Shown: positions 8,954 to 17,843 of the stretch, one piece after another
Position numbering within the stretch: the first letter of the stretch is position 1
Layout of the letters: every line of letters begins with the position of its first letter
Virus record (IMG/VR): IMGVR_UViG_3300012971_000021
DNA from: a virus
Direction: 5' to 3' (one strand)
Length of the DNA stretch: 64,000 nucleotides
The notes under the pieces: generated by a model
What the model was told of the DNA's origin: nothing
Seen by the model: the letters and a program-made list of their open reading frames with translations, nothing else
The model's database searches: none
Translations under genes and position numbers: made by a program

Positions 8954-11706
8954 CTGACCTCCCTCAATAGCTCGTGAAGCGTCGGCTCCACGATGTTGTC
9001 CCCACCACCCGTATCCTTCCGGATCATTCTCGCCCGGTAGAGACGGTTGATGATCGCGTTCGCTTGCTCGCGAGAGACGTTCAGAACCTCCTCTAGATCC
9101 TGTCGCCGGAACTTGCTCGCGCTGCGGAGAAGCTTGGCAAGCCCCCGCTGCTCTAGAAGGTATGTCCGGATCTCGTCTCTATGCTCGCGAGCCTCCTGCA
9201 CGTCCATGATCCGTTCTCTCGACCGCTCCGCGTATCCGAGTGTTGGCATATCGTAGACGTGGTCGATGAACGCTACGGCGTCTTGGACGTGCTCCTTGTT
9301 GACGATGATTCGCTCACCTTTCTCATCGCTGCTGAACGTTCTAGCCGCGAGAGAGACGGCAACGCGAGCGATCTTGATGCGGGCATTGGCCGCTTGGATG
9401 AGAGGAGGATCCTCGACGTATCGGTCTCCCATGGCGTTTGCTTGTCGGTAGACTTCATCCTCCGCTCCTCCCGCCCAACCGATCTGGTCGGGCTGCCTCG
9501 TCCAGACCCACATCAGCAGCGTGTGGCAGGCTTCGCTCGTGTACTTGAGTTCGCCAGGCTCGATCCGCTTATTGTACTCGTTCGGGTTGACGTCGTACTT
9601 GGAGAGTGCCATCGCGAGATCGAAGCGTGCGATGTCTTCCGGGTTCCCGATGAGCGGACGGATCGCGTCTACTCCGTATGTGAACTGATCCATTCCTCCG
9701 TGTCGAGGATTTCCGAGCCAGAGGAGACGTGTACGTGCGAATGTGACCTCCTGCTGAATCTTAGTGAGGCGAGCCATCCCCGACGCCCGCACGTCGGACA
9801 TCTTGGCGATCTCCTCCGGGTGGAGACCTGATAGTTCATCGATGACAACCAGTCGTCGGTCGTTGAGAGGAATGACTCCCCAAGTAACGGCCCAATCGCG
9901 TCCAGAAATCTGCTGGACTCCTCCAACCAGGCCAGCAATAGTAGCTGCCTCGCCTCCGACCATTTCTCCTGCGCCGTAATGTCGAACGAGTCGTTCAGCA
10001 GCTTCCGATTTCCCCGTGCGAGTATCTCCAACGATGAGAGATTCGAGCCAACCCCTGTGGACAAGCTGACCTCCGAACTTGAAGGAGAGAGGCGAGTGGA
10101 ACGTTAGATCCATGACCGCGTGCATCTCAGGACGGCCGATGATCTTTGTGACGTGGCTCGCTAGTTCGCGCTCGATCTCTCCGAGCTTCTTGAGTGGACG
10201 TTGCCTTCCCCGCGGTCGGAATCGCATCATCATCTTGACCGCTTCGCCCGTCAAGTCAAACCAGTCTACGCTCGTTTGTTGTTGTTGGACTTCCCAGGCG
10301 AGAAACTCGTTGCTTGCGTCCCTTGGGGAAGGGTAGAGCGCGCCGGTGACGACGACAGTGGTGTTTGCCATTGTGTCGTGTCTTCCCACCGACGTGATCT
10401 TGATGTTCTTGTAGTCGCGTGCTTGTGTCCCGTCCGCATGGTCTATGGACGGTCGAGCGAACAGTTGTTCGACGGCTTGGTGATCGGATACCTCGATGTT
10501 GAGTTTGGTACACTTCTGCGCTCCGTACTCCTGGCGCAGCATTTCCCGTCTAGTTATCTCCGGAGCGTCGATCATTCCGAGGATCATGGGGCTGGTCGGA
10601 AGTATCTCTAGCTCGGCGTTGCCTCCCGCTCCGTTGAGAGGACAGACCGCGCATTTCGGCCCCGCGTCCTGCGTACAAGCGAGGTTCGCGAGTCGAGGGA
10701 CGGAGTAGCCCGGTTCCTTCTTGCCCTTGATCGTTACTTGGAGCCTGACCGGATCTCCGACTCGATGCGAGTCGAACGAGTCGAGTACCGTAATGACCTC
10801 TGCTTCCCCGGCTGGCTTCTTCTTGGGTGAGTGTGCCTCGGTCAGCAACCGCTCGAAGTCGATAGCGTCGTGCTCTGCCCAAAAGTCGGTCAGATCCTTT
10901 CCGTGCTTGTCTACGATCTCGTACGGGAGTTGAACGATTCGTACGTCCGCGATCCTGGCGAGCGAGCGGGCGATCTTGCCCGCGCCGCTCTGCCCGTCCG
11001 CATCGCAGTCCTGCGCGATGAAGACGAGCTTGCCCTTGAAGAGAGGATTCCACCGGGGGTTCCAGGTCTTGGCCCCGGACGTTCGGGTGATCGCGGGGTA
11101 GCCGTTCTGGATAGTGACAAGAGCGTCCCACTCTCCCTCGCAGATGATGATTCGATCCGCGCTGATTTGGTTGAGCGGGTATAGCTCGGTCGGCCTCATG
11201 CCGGTGACGTTCCAGATCTTGGTCTTACCCTCGCGAGTCGTGTAGCGACGTACGTTGAAAATCTCTCCCATCGGGCCGCGGATCGGGATGGTGTAGACTT
11301 CCCGGTCGCGATCCCAACCGATCTCGAAGTCGATGATGGTCTTGGTATGGATACCACGGCTAACGAGATAGTCGGCCACTGTCTCATCATCGAGGAGAGC
11401 CGCATGCCACCCTTTGATCTTGCCTTCGGTGATGATCTCCTGCGCGCTGGCCCCGCCCCGCCGAGGAGAGCCATTCATTGCGGCCCTCCCCGGCGGAACC
11501 CAGCGCGACTGGTGCATGATGAGGTCTGCGACCCGACCGCCGCCGCATCCAGCGTGACAGAACCACTCGCCGGTCAGCGTGTTGAGCGACGCCGACCGAT
11601 TCGTGTCGTCGTGGAGCGGGCACAGCATGTCCCACTCGCCGTTCTTCTTGGGCCGACCGATGAGGTACGGCCGTAGAAGACGCAGATGTCTCGCGGATAC
11701 CGGCAC
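8947..11706 (-). CDS. Primase-helicase fusion: Zn-finger + TOPRIM primase + MCM-like AAA+ helicase
   Basis: CPLHDD...FCHAGC; ICEGEWDAL and QDCDADG (TOPRIM); CTQ..KCAVC; GDTRTGKS, VVIDE, WLGNP, ARFDL. Confidence 0.88.
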   Translation of the reverse strand: MPVSARHLRLLRPYLIGRPKKNGEWDMLCPLHDDTNRSASLNTLTGEWFCHAGCGGGRVADLIMHQSRWVPPGRAAMNGSPRRGGASAQEIITEGKIKGWHAALLDDETVADYLVSRGIHTKTIIDFEIGWDRDREVYTIPIRGPMGEIFNVRRYTTREGKTKIWNVTGMRPTELYPLNQISADRIIICEGEWDALVTIQNGYPAITRTSGAKTWNPRWNPLFKGKLVFIAQDCDADGQSGAGKIARSLARIADVRIVQLPYEIVDKHGKDLTDFWAEHDAIDFERLLTEAHSPKKKPAGEAEVITVLDSFDSHRVGDPVRLQVTIKGKKEPGYSVPRLANLACTQDAGPKCAVCPLNGAGGNAELEILPTSPMILGMIDAPEITRREMLRQEYGAQKCTKLNIEVSDHQAVEQLFARPSIDHADGTQARDYKNIKITSVGRHDTMANTTVVVTGALYPSPRDASNEFLAWEVQQQQTSVDWFDLTGEAVKMMMRFRPRGRQRPLKKLGEIERELASHVTKIIGRPEMHAVMDLTFHSPLSFKFGGQLVHRGWLESLIVGDTRTGKSEAAERLVRHYGAGEMVGGEAATIAGLVGGVQQISGRDWAVTWGVIPLNDRRLVVIDELSGLHPEEIAKMSDVRASGMARLTKIQQEVTFARTRLLWLGNPRHGGMDQFTYGVDAIRPLIGNPEDIARFDLAMALSKYDVNPNEYNKRIEPGELKYTSEACHTLLMWVWTRQPDQIGWAGGAEDEVYRQANAMGDRYVEDPPLIQAANARIKIARVAVSLAARTFSSDEKGERIIVNKEHVQDAVAFIDHVYDMPTLGYAERSRERIMDVQEAREHRDEIRTYLLEQRGLAKLLRSASKFRRQDLEEVLNVSREQANAIINRLYRARMIRKDTGGGDNIVEPTLHELLREVRW

Positions 11707-11721
11707 CGGATTGGGCCGCGA

Positions 11722-12732
11722 CTAGAACGGGTTTGCGACCTTGTCGTCGGCACGCAAGGCTTCGACCATCTTCGCCTTGGTCTTGCGTCCCTTGATCGAG
11801 ATTTCCGCGCCCTGCTCGTTCCGGGTGGTGATCTCGTCGTTGAGGTCGTTCTCGTCCCACTCGTCGTAGTCGTCCGGCTCGGACTCCTCACCCGACCCCT
11901 CGCCCGCGCCGTTGCCGAGCGCCTCGGCGTTCTTGGCCAGCTTGACGATCTCGTCGATCCACTTCTGCTTCGTCTTGCGCCCGGTGACGTTGCCGGCGAT
12001 CCCGAGTTCACCCGCGTACGCCTCCAGGTCAACCGTCTCCCAGTCGTCGTAGTACGTGGCGTCCGACCGGAGATCCTCCATCAACTCCGGGTCGAGCATG
12101 CCGGTGCCGTTGGCGTCGGCGTCGTCGTCCGACTCCTCTGCCTCTGGCTCCTCGCCCTCGCCCTGATCCTCCAGGATCGCGGCGATGGCCTTGGCCGCGG
12201 AGAAGCGGCCGGTGAGCTGGATCTCGCGGGCGTCCAACTCCTCCTTCAGATCCTCGCTCGACCACTCCTTGAGTTCGGCCTCGGTGAGCGGCTCCTCGCC
12301 GTCGCCCTCGGGGATGTCCTCGCCATCCTCCTCGATCTTGCCGGGTGCGAACAGGTTCTTGACCCGGCCGCGGTACTCGCCCTCCAGGTTCGTGTCCGCG
12401 ACGACCTTGACGTTGACTTCCTTGCCGATGAGCTTCTGCGTGTCGAGGTTGCCCTTCGGCGGGAGCTTCATCGCGTCGGTGAACTCACGCAGTTTCCAGC
12501 CGTGCGCGGCCTCGTTGTAGTTCGCGTCGGTCGGGAGCTTGATGTACGTCCAGAGCAGGCCGTACTCCTCGCCGACGCTGACCGTGATCTCCAGGTCGCT
12601 GACGGCCGTTCCGTCCGACTTCTTGTCCCGGACGTTGATGCTGTTGATCTTGCCCTTGTAGAGACCGGGCTGCGGCTGCTCGCCGCCTCCACCCGACTCC
12701 ACGTTGCTTACGTCGTACTTGACCGTTGCCAC
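11722..12732 (-). CDS. ssDNA-binding protein (DUF669-like) with acidic C-terminal helical repeats
   Basis: QPQPGLYKGKINSINV...GKEVNVKV...RVKN; position after Sak4-like gene. Confidence 0.7.
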   Translation of the reverse strand: MATVKYDVSNVESGGGGEQPQPGLYKGKINSINVRDKKSDGTAVSDLEITVSVGEEYGLLWTYIKLPTDANYNEAAHGWKLREFTDAMKLPPKGNLDTQKLIGKEVNVKVVADTNLEGEYRGRVKNLFAPGKIEEDGEDIPEGDGEEPLTEAELKEWSSEDLKEELDAREIQLTGRFSAAKAIAAILEDQGEGEEPEAEESDDDADANGTGMLDPELMEDLRSDATYYDDWETVDLEAYAGELGIAGNVTGRKTKQKWIDEIVKLAKNAEALGNGAGEGSGEESEPDDYDEWDENDLNDEITTRNEQGAEISIKGRKTKAKMVEALRADDKVANPF

Positions 12733-13547
12733 TACTGCTCCCTCCTCCTACGTCGTCTGGACGCGCCACCGTTGGTGCGCCCCTTCATGATCGCCTCCAC
12801 CATACCCGGAAGCGTTGGGTTGACTACGTCGCCCGTACCGAACACCGAGCCTCCGTCGGGAAGCTTGATCTGACACTTGGCGTAGTAGTTCTCGGTCGCG
12901 TTGGTATGGAGAACGCGGACTGTCCGCTTCCTCCCGCGATGCTCGCGGGTCTCGATGTCGCCGTACCCGACGATGTTCATCATCCCGCAAATCTTCTGCG
13001 GCATCATCTTTCCCTGAACCCAGGGCCAGATGCAGGACGGTGTTACCCCGAAGTCGTTTGGCTCCCACCAGAACGAGTGAGCCGTGATGCCGAGGTTGAC
13101 CGTTCCCGCGCCGACCATGTGCCGCACCCACTGTCCGAGTCGCCACATGTTGACGCGGTACTCGCCGCGGTCTGGCCCGAACTGCTCGCGATCCTTGCGG
13201 GCCTGCGAGCCGACCGGCCCTTTGCGGTCGAGGATGTTCCCGTACACGTCGTCCAGTCCTACGTCTTGGAGGAGCGAGATCGAGTCGAGCCAGAACCAAT
13301 CCCACTCGCCCTCCTTCATGTGCTGGGCGTACTCCAGCCCCTCGAATATCTCCTCCCAATCGCGGACGACCATTTCCTGTACGCCGCTTCCGATGATCGG
13401 GTCGGCGTGGTCGATGGGCGGTCGCATCACGAGGATCTTGTAATCCTTCCCGCCCGTTCCGATCAGACTCGTCTTTCCCCAGCCGATGTCCGCGTGGATC
13501 AGCATGCTGACCTTCGCAGACGCCCCGGCTGGTTGGATATTAGGCAA
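12732..13547 (-). CDS. AAA_24/Sak4-like ssDNA-annealing ATPase
   Basis: LIHADIGWGKTSL Walker A; FWLDSIS Walker B; ITAH. Confidence 0.8.
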   Translation of the reverse strand: MPNIQPAGASAKVSMLIHADIGWGKTSLIGTGGKDYKILVMRPPIDHADPIIGSGVQEMVVRDWEEIFEGLEYAQHMKEGEWDWFWLDSISLLQDVGLDDVYGNILDRKGPVGSQARKDREQFGPDRGEYRVNMWRLGQWVRHMVGAGTVNLGITAHSFWWEPNDFGVTPSCIWPWVQGKMMPQKICGMMNIVGYGDIETREHRGRKRTVRVLHTNATENYYAKCQIKLPDGGSVFGTGDVVNPTLPGMVEAIMKGRTNGGASRRRRRREQ

Positions 13548-13558
13548 TGAACCTCACC

Positions 13559-14674
13559 TCACTTCGTCTCGTCCGTGTAGACTTGATGGGCTTCGTACGG
13601 CTCCCACCCGCGAGAAGCGTGACCGCGCATCTCATGCCAGTCTGCGCCGATCTCGTGTAGCTCGCAGAAGTCGAAGCACCAACATCCCGGGCAAGTGAAC
13701 TGCCCCTGATTCTTGTACGCTCCCGCGGGAGGCGAATCCGGCCCTTCCATGCGGTCGGAGCGCCGAACGTTCTCCATGTCCCAAAACTCCGCGAGTACCT
13801 GCTGCTTCGCCGCGGCGCGCTCGTTGAAGTCGCGGAAGATCGGCGTGCGGACGAAGTATGGTGCCGGCTGCTTCTTGCTTACGCTACCGTCCTGGTTGAG
13901 CGAGAATCCGCCAGCATCTTTCGGGCGGTCGTCTTGGAACTGCTTACGCAGGTGGTTGTAGATCATTCCGGCGGGGCGCTGGTTCGGCTTGAGCAGCCCC
14001 TGCTCGTATATCCAGTCCAACCCCCACGTCCAGTAGCCGGTCGCCTGCGAGTCGAGCGAGAGGTACATCACGTTGATCGCTTTCGCGGTCTTGTGATCGA
14101 CGATGTGGATCTTTCCGGTACGCCGATTCTTGATGATCAAGTCGAGCGTACCGACGTAGATGAACAGCGGCTTACCGTCCGGCCCACGGACAAGCTGCTG
14201 GAACGGCTGCTCCGTGACGAGCACTTCCCATTCCTCGTCCCGCCCGTAGTGCTTGACGTAGGCGTTGAGCATGTCGTACCCGAGATCGCGAGCTTCCGCC
14301 CAGACCTCATCCTCCTCCAAGTCTTCGACCTTGAAGCCAAACTCGCCCTGCGACTTGGCCTCCTCGTCGTAGTAGCGGACGAATGACTCGGCGGGATGCG
14401 GCCCGCGCCGGACTCCCTTCTTGTAGTAGTCCGCGAGCGCCATATGTACGAGCGAGCCGAACCGGAGCGGTGGGATGTCATGCTTCGGCTTTAGGACTTC
14501 CTCAAACTCCATCCACCACTTCCAGCGGCACCGCTTGAAGGTGCCGCGCTCGCTCGTGCGAAGCATTGGGAGACCGTCGGCCCCCGCGCCGATTGGGTGG
14601 CTGCCCGGCACACCAACGGTCTCCCGATGCTTCACCAAGTCGGATCGCCGCCGACGGCGTTGGATTGTTGACAT
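13559..14674 (-). CDS. PD-(D/E)XK Cas4/RecB-like exonuclease
   Basis: RTSERGTFKRCRWKW, GSLVH, GTLDL, IVDHKT, C-terminal CPGCWCFDFC. Confidence 0.88.
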   Translation of the reverse strand: MSTIQRRRRRSDLVKHRETVGVPGSHPIGAGADGLPMLRTSERGTFKRCRWKWWMEFEEVLKPKHDIPPLRFGSLVHMALADYYKKGVRRGPHPAESFVRYYDEEAKSQGEFGFKVEDLEEDEVWAEARDLGYDMLNAYVKHYGRDEEWEVLVTEQPFQQLVRGPDGKPLFIYVGTLDLIIKNRRTGKIHIVDHKTAKAINVMYLSLDSQATGYWTWGLDWIYEQGLLKPNQRPAGMIYNHLRKQFQDDRPKDAGGFSLNQDGSVSKKQPAPYFVRTPIFRDFNERAAAKQQVLAEFWDMENVRRSDRMEGPDSPPAGAYKNQGQFTCPGCWCFDFCELHEIGADWHEMRGHASRGWEPYEAHQVYTDETK

Positions 14675-14785
14675 CTACTCCCTCCTAACGGTCTTGCCGT
14701 CCGACGAGAGGTGCCACCCAACGCCGAGAACGGCCCGAAATAGGGACTCTACTAGAAACCAAACACCGCGTAAAGCCCCCAACCC

Positions 14786-15025
14786 CTAGAAAAAAGACGC
14801 TCCGAGCGGCCTGTTTTGAGTTGTCGGCCCCGGCTCCCGCGTAAAACGCGGACGCGCCGCGCCCCCGGCCGCGCGACCCTCCGAACGAAAAACATGTCTC
14901 CTCGTACGCGCGTATATGCGCCTACGAGGATAGCAGTTTCGGCTGATAGAGGGTTGCCACGCGGGCGCGAATCGCCCGCGCGTAAAAGGAATATTTGGAT
15001 GGTATAAGTCACCTTTCTCATACAT
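14786..15025 (-). CDS. Possible small ORF (MYEKGDLYHP...) across the control region
   Basis: ATG preceded by GGAGGGGGTACC; composition not very protein-like. Confidence 0.25.
   Translation of the reverse strand: MYEKGDLYHPNIPFTRGRFAPAWQPSISRNCYPRRRIYARTRRHVFRSEGRAAGGAARPRFTREPGPTTQNRPLGASFF
14840..14935 (-). promoter_or_regulatory. Pseudo-palindromic element TCCTCGTA-GGCGCATATACGCGCG-TACGAGGA plus CCGGGGGCGCG box, upstream of replication block
   Basis: Shares both halves and downstream box with 31190-31325 (+). Confidence 0.5.
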
Positions 15026-15048
15026 TTGGTACCCCCTCCCAACGGCGG
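15016..15048 (-). repeat. 33-bp repeat, inverted copy at 28953-28985
   Basis: CCGCCGTtgGGAGGGGGTACCAAATgTATGAGA vs CCGCCGTaaGGAGGGGGTACCAAATaTATGAGA (30/33). Confidence 0.85.
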
Positions 15049-15234
15049 TTAGGCGTCGAACCAACGCTCTAGTTCCAGCAGATCCTCCTCGTCAACGACC
15101 TCGCCTTCAACGATTTCGGGGTCATCTTCGGGGATTCGCTCGGCGGTTTTGTCCATCCAGAACTTGATCGTCCCGATTGTTACGCCGATAACGACGCAGG
15201 CGACCTCAGGTGCGCCCACGATACGCTTTCGCAA
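15049..15234 (-). CDS. Small protein, hydrophobic N-terminus and acidic tail
   Basis: ORF; start may be GTG 15219. Confidence 0.55.
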   Translation of the reverse strand: MRKRIVGAPEVACVVIGVTIGTIKFWMDKTAERIPEDDPEIVEGEVVDEEDLLELERWFDA

Positions 15235-16993
15235 TCTGACGACGCAGATCGAGGATGTTCTTGTTCACGTCGAGCTTGCCGTCGTTCACCTTCTTGATGT
15301 ACTCCTCTACGGTTCCGCTTGAGCGATAGACGAGCGCAGTCACCTGATGGTGCCGCGTCGTATCGACCGCTCTGTCCGTGACTTGGGTCTGATCGTCCGG
15401 GTTCCAGGTCTCGTCTAGGATATGTACGTCCGTAGCGCGGTTCATCGTGATCCCGACACCGGCCGCAGCCGTTACCAAGATCGCGACCCGAACCTTGCCG
15501 GCCTGGAAGTCGGCTTGGATCCTGTTCCGCTCTGTCTGGTGCACCGCTCCGGAGATGATCTCGCAGGGTATGCCGTACCGATTGAGGTAGCGATGAATCA
15601 TCTCCGCGGTCTCGCGGAACTGACTGGCGATGAGTGCCTGATCCGTGCCGTCTGGATCGTCGGGGTCGATGCCGCGCTCTGCCAGCTTGTCCAGCAGAGC
15701 CGGGATCTTGCCTGACTCCTCGGTCGCTCTGACCTTCATGTCAACGTAACCCGTCTCATCGTCTACTGAGAGGATCTCGACTGAGCACATGTGGTTCGCG
15801 AACTGCTTGAGCCGCGTGTACTCGGCCAACACCGAAGTCGCCGACAGATGGTACTCGTCGATGCGAACCTCAGCTTCCTCGTGGAACGTCTTGTACTGCA
15901 TCGCTTGCTTCGGCGTCATAGTGCACCAAACGTCGATCCACTGCGTCTCCGGCAGCTGAGGTAGAACCTCAGTGCGCAGACGCCGGATGGCGTAGGGAGC
16001 GAGGGACTCATAGAACGAATCCTCGCGCCCTGGGATGATGTTGCCGATAGCCTTGTGATTGCCCCACGTGTTCTCGATCACGAGCCATTGCGCAGCCCAC
16101 TTCCACTTGGACGTGAACTTGTTCGGATCGAGCCACGAGAGTGCACCAAAGAGCTTGACCGGCTTACCACCCATTGGCGTTCCGCTCAGCCCGTACTTCC
16201 GCTTGGCCTTGATAGCTTTCGCTACCTTGGGAAAGCGGTTCTGCGTCTCGGGCAGGCCGGTCTTATGGAACTCGTCAATGGTGAACGAGTTCCACCCTTC
16301 CTTCAACTGCGGGAAGTTACCGCGCCTGACCATGTCGGCGGTCGTGATGAACCAGAACGGCTTGCCGTCCCGGAGACAATCCTCGACCGTGCCCTCTGCG
16401 TCTGCCTTCTCGGCGGCGTTGAGGTCGCCTGAGTAGGTCACGACGGTGTGATCTGTCCACCGCTCGATCTCCATGCGCCAAACACTGTCGAGCGTGGACT
16501 TCGGCGCGACAACCAGGTGCGGCCCGTCTTCAAGGTCAGCCTCGAAGACAGCACCAATCACTTCGGTCGTCTTGCCGAGCCGCGGCTCTAGCAGGTTCAG
16601 GCAGGAAGTCGTCGCCATGAACTTCACGTCGGCCCGCTGGTACGGACGGAACCACTTGGCGAGCTTCGGGAGCTTCTGCTTCAGCTTCAGATCCTTGAGC
16701 GGTACATCGTCAAGGATTGACAGCGTCTTCAGGTTACGCTCCTTGGCTACCTCCTTCTTGCCCCATGCGCGCAGCGCCGCGCCGAGCGTGAGTCCGTTGC
16801 CGAACTCCTCGCGCAGACGACGCATGACGACGAGGTCAAGAGGAAGGAGCCAGAGAGGCCCGCCATTCTGGGCATTCAGGAACCGAGCACCAATCGGCTT
16901 GAGCCTGTTCATCGCCGCTACAGCCTCAGGCGTGTAGCGGAAATGTACAGCGCAGCGATCACCTTCTTCTGTAAGCTCGGCGAACGCTTCCAC
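15206..16993 (-). CDS. SNF2-family helicase with HARP-like N-terminus
   Basis: EPRLGKT, IDEFH, LSGTP, AAGVGITM, WNP...DRA. Confidence 0.9.
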   Translation of the reverse strand: MEAFAELTEEGDRCAVHFRYTPEAVAAMNRLKPIGARFLNAQNGGPLWLLPLDLVVMRRLREEFGNGLTLGAALRAWGKKEVAKERNLKTLSILDDVPLKDLKLKQKLPKLAKWFRPYQRADVKFMATTSCLNLLEPRLGKTTEVIGAVFEADLEDGPHLVVAPKSTLDSVWRMEIERWTDHTVVTYSGDLNAAEKADAEGTVEDCLRDGKPFWFITTADMVRRGNFPQLKEGWNSFTIDEFHKTGLPETQNRFPKVAKAIKAKRKYGLSGTPMGGKPVKLFGALSWLDPNKFTSKWKWAAQWLVIENTWGNHKAIGNIIPGREDSFYESLAPYAIRRLRTEVLPQLPETQWIDVWCTMTPKQAMQYKTFHEEAEVRIDEYHLSATSVLAEYTRLKQFANHMCSVEILSVDDETGYVDMKVRATEESGKIPALLDKLAERGIDPDDPDGTDQALIASQFRETAEMIHRYLNRYGIPCEIISGAVHQTERNRIQADFQAGKVRVAILVTAAAGVGITMNRATDVHILDETWNPDDQTQVTDRAVDTTRHHQVTALVYRSSGTVEEYIKKVNDGKLDVNKNILDLRRQIAKAYRGRT

Positions 16994-17294
16994 TCTTTGT
17001 CCTCCTGGTCTCTGGTCGATTGCCCTTGTAGACGCCGAACACTTCGACGCCGCGTGCCGCGAACTCCCAGAGATGATCTGGAAACGGAATCACGAGTTGT
17101 CTCTGATGAAGGTTCGACTGGATCTTGTTCGCTGCCGATGGCGTGTCACATGTCTCGATCAACGCCCACACTCCTGGCCTGGCCACGAGCGGCTGGAGAT
17201 GGTTAGCCCAACTCATGCCACCCCTTCTGTGTCCTGGGCCGGGAATGGAGCCAACGAACTCGACCCCTGTTCCTACGTGTTGCCCCTTGGGCAT
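16959..17294 (-). CDS. Hypothetical protein
   Basis: AAAGGAGGGTACAC-ATG start. Confidence 0.75.
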   Translation of the reverse strand: MPKGQHVGTGVEFVGSIPGPGHRRGGMSWANHLQPLVARPGVWALIETCDTPSAANKIQSNLHQRQLVIPFPDHLWEFAARGVEVFGVYKGNRPETRRTKSGSVRRAYRRR

Positions 17295-17309
17295 GTGTAC
17301 CCTCCTTTG

Positions 17310-17590
17310 TGTACGGCAAGAGCACCCGCGGAGTCGAACCGCGGTACGCCATCGTGCTCCGGGTTGGGGTTGCGCCAGTCCCTGGTTTCTCCTGGACTGG
17401 ATGGGGCTAGTACAATCCCGGCATTTCCGGAACCGGGTTCCTGCCTTCTCACGCTGACACGTCCATTCCGGAGATCAGACGTATCCCCCAACTCTAGTTG
17501 GGGGATCCAGGGGAGGGTACCGATCTACCCTGGATCCCCCTCGCGGGGCAGCGTTGAAGTGCGAACTCGCGCCGCCGCGATCTTGTCGAT
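17310..17590 (-). ncRNA. Candidate structured RNA/leader with tRNA-like T-arm minihelix and anti-GGAGGGTACC segment
   Basis: No credible ORF; several hairpins; GGAGCAC..CCGCGG-TTCGACT-CCGCGG-GTGCTCT; TAGAAT at 17589-17594. Confidence 0.45.
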
Positions 17591-17591
17591 T

Positions 17592-17843
17592 CTAGCCGAT
17601 CTCCGACCTGTTCGGTACCCGGCCTGCCTTTGAACAATATGGGCAGACTCGGCCGGTGATGATGATCTTCTTCTGATCCTTGGCACTCGGCACTCTACGT
17701 GGCCGAAGCCACTCGCGCGCCGAGACCAAGAATGGGCGGTCTACACAGTCCTTCCGCCCGCATGTCACGATGAGAAAACCCGGGAAATCCTGGCTTTTCA
17801 CCGCTTTGAACACAGGCAATCGGCTCACGAAGTCATCAGACAA
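17592..17843 (-). CDS. Small Zn-binding protein (Cx4C...CPYC)
   Basis: Start moved to TTG 17843. Confidence 0.65.
   Translation of the reverse strand: MSDDFVSRLPVFKAVKSQDFPGFLIVTCGRKDCVDRPFLVSAREWLRPRRVPSAKDQKKIIITGRVCPYCSKAGRVPNRSEIG

Noticed and set aside
11686-12873. 395-aa plus-strand ORF
   Set aside because: Antisense shadow of the SSB gene caused by GC3 bias; no RBS and L/V/R-rich shadow composition.
13559-14674. Cas4 as part of a CRISPR-Cas system
   Set aside because: No cas1/cas2, effector or array; the Sak4-SSB context indicates a phage recombination exonuclease.
17319-17360. Canonical tRNA, tmRNA or Y RNA
   Set aside because: No D or anticodon arm, no CCA, no G3-U70 or tag ORF, and the arm order does not fit YrlA.
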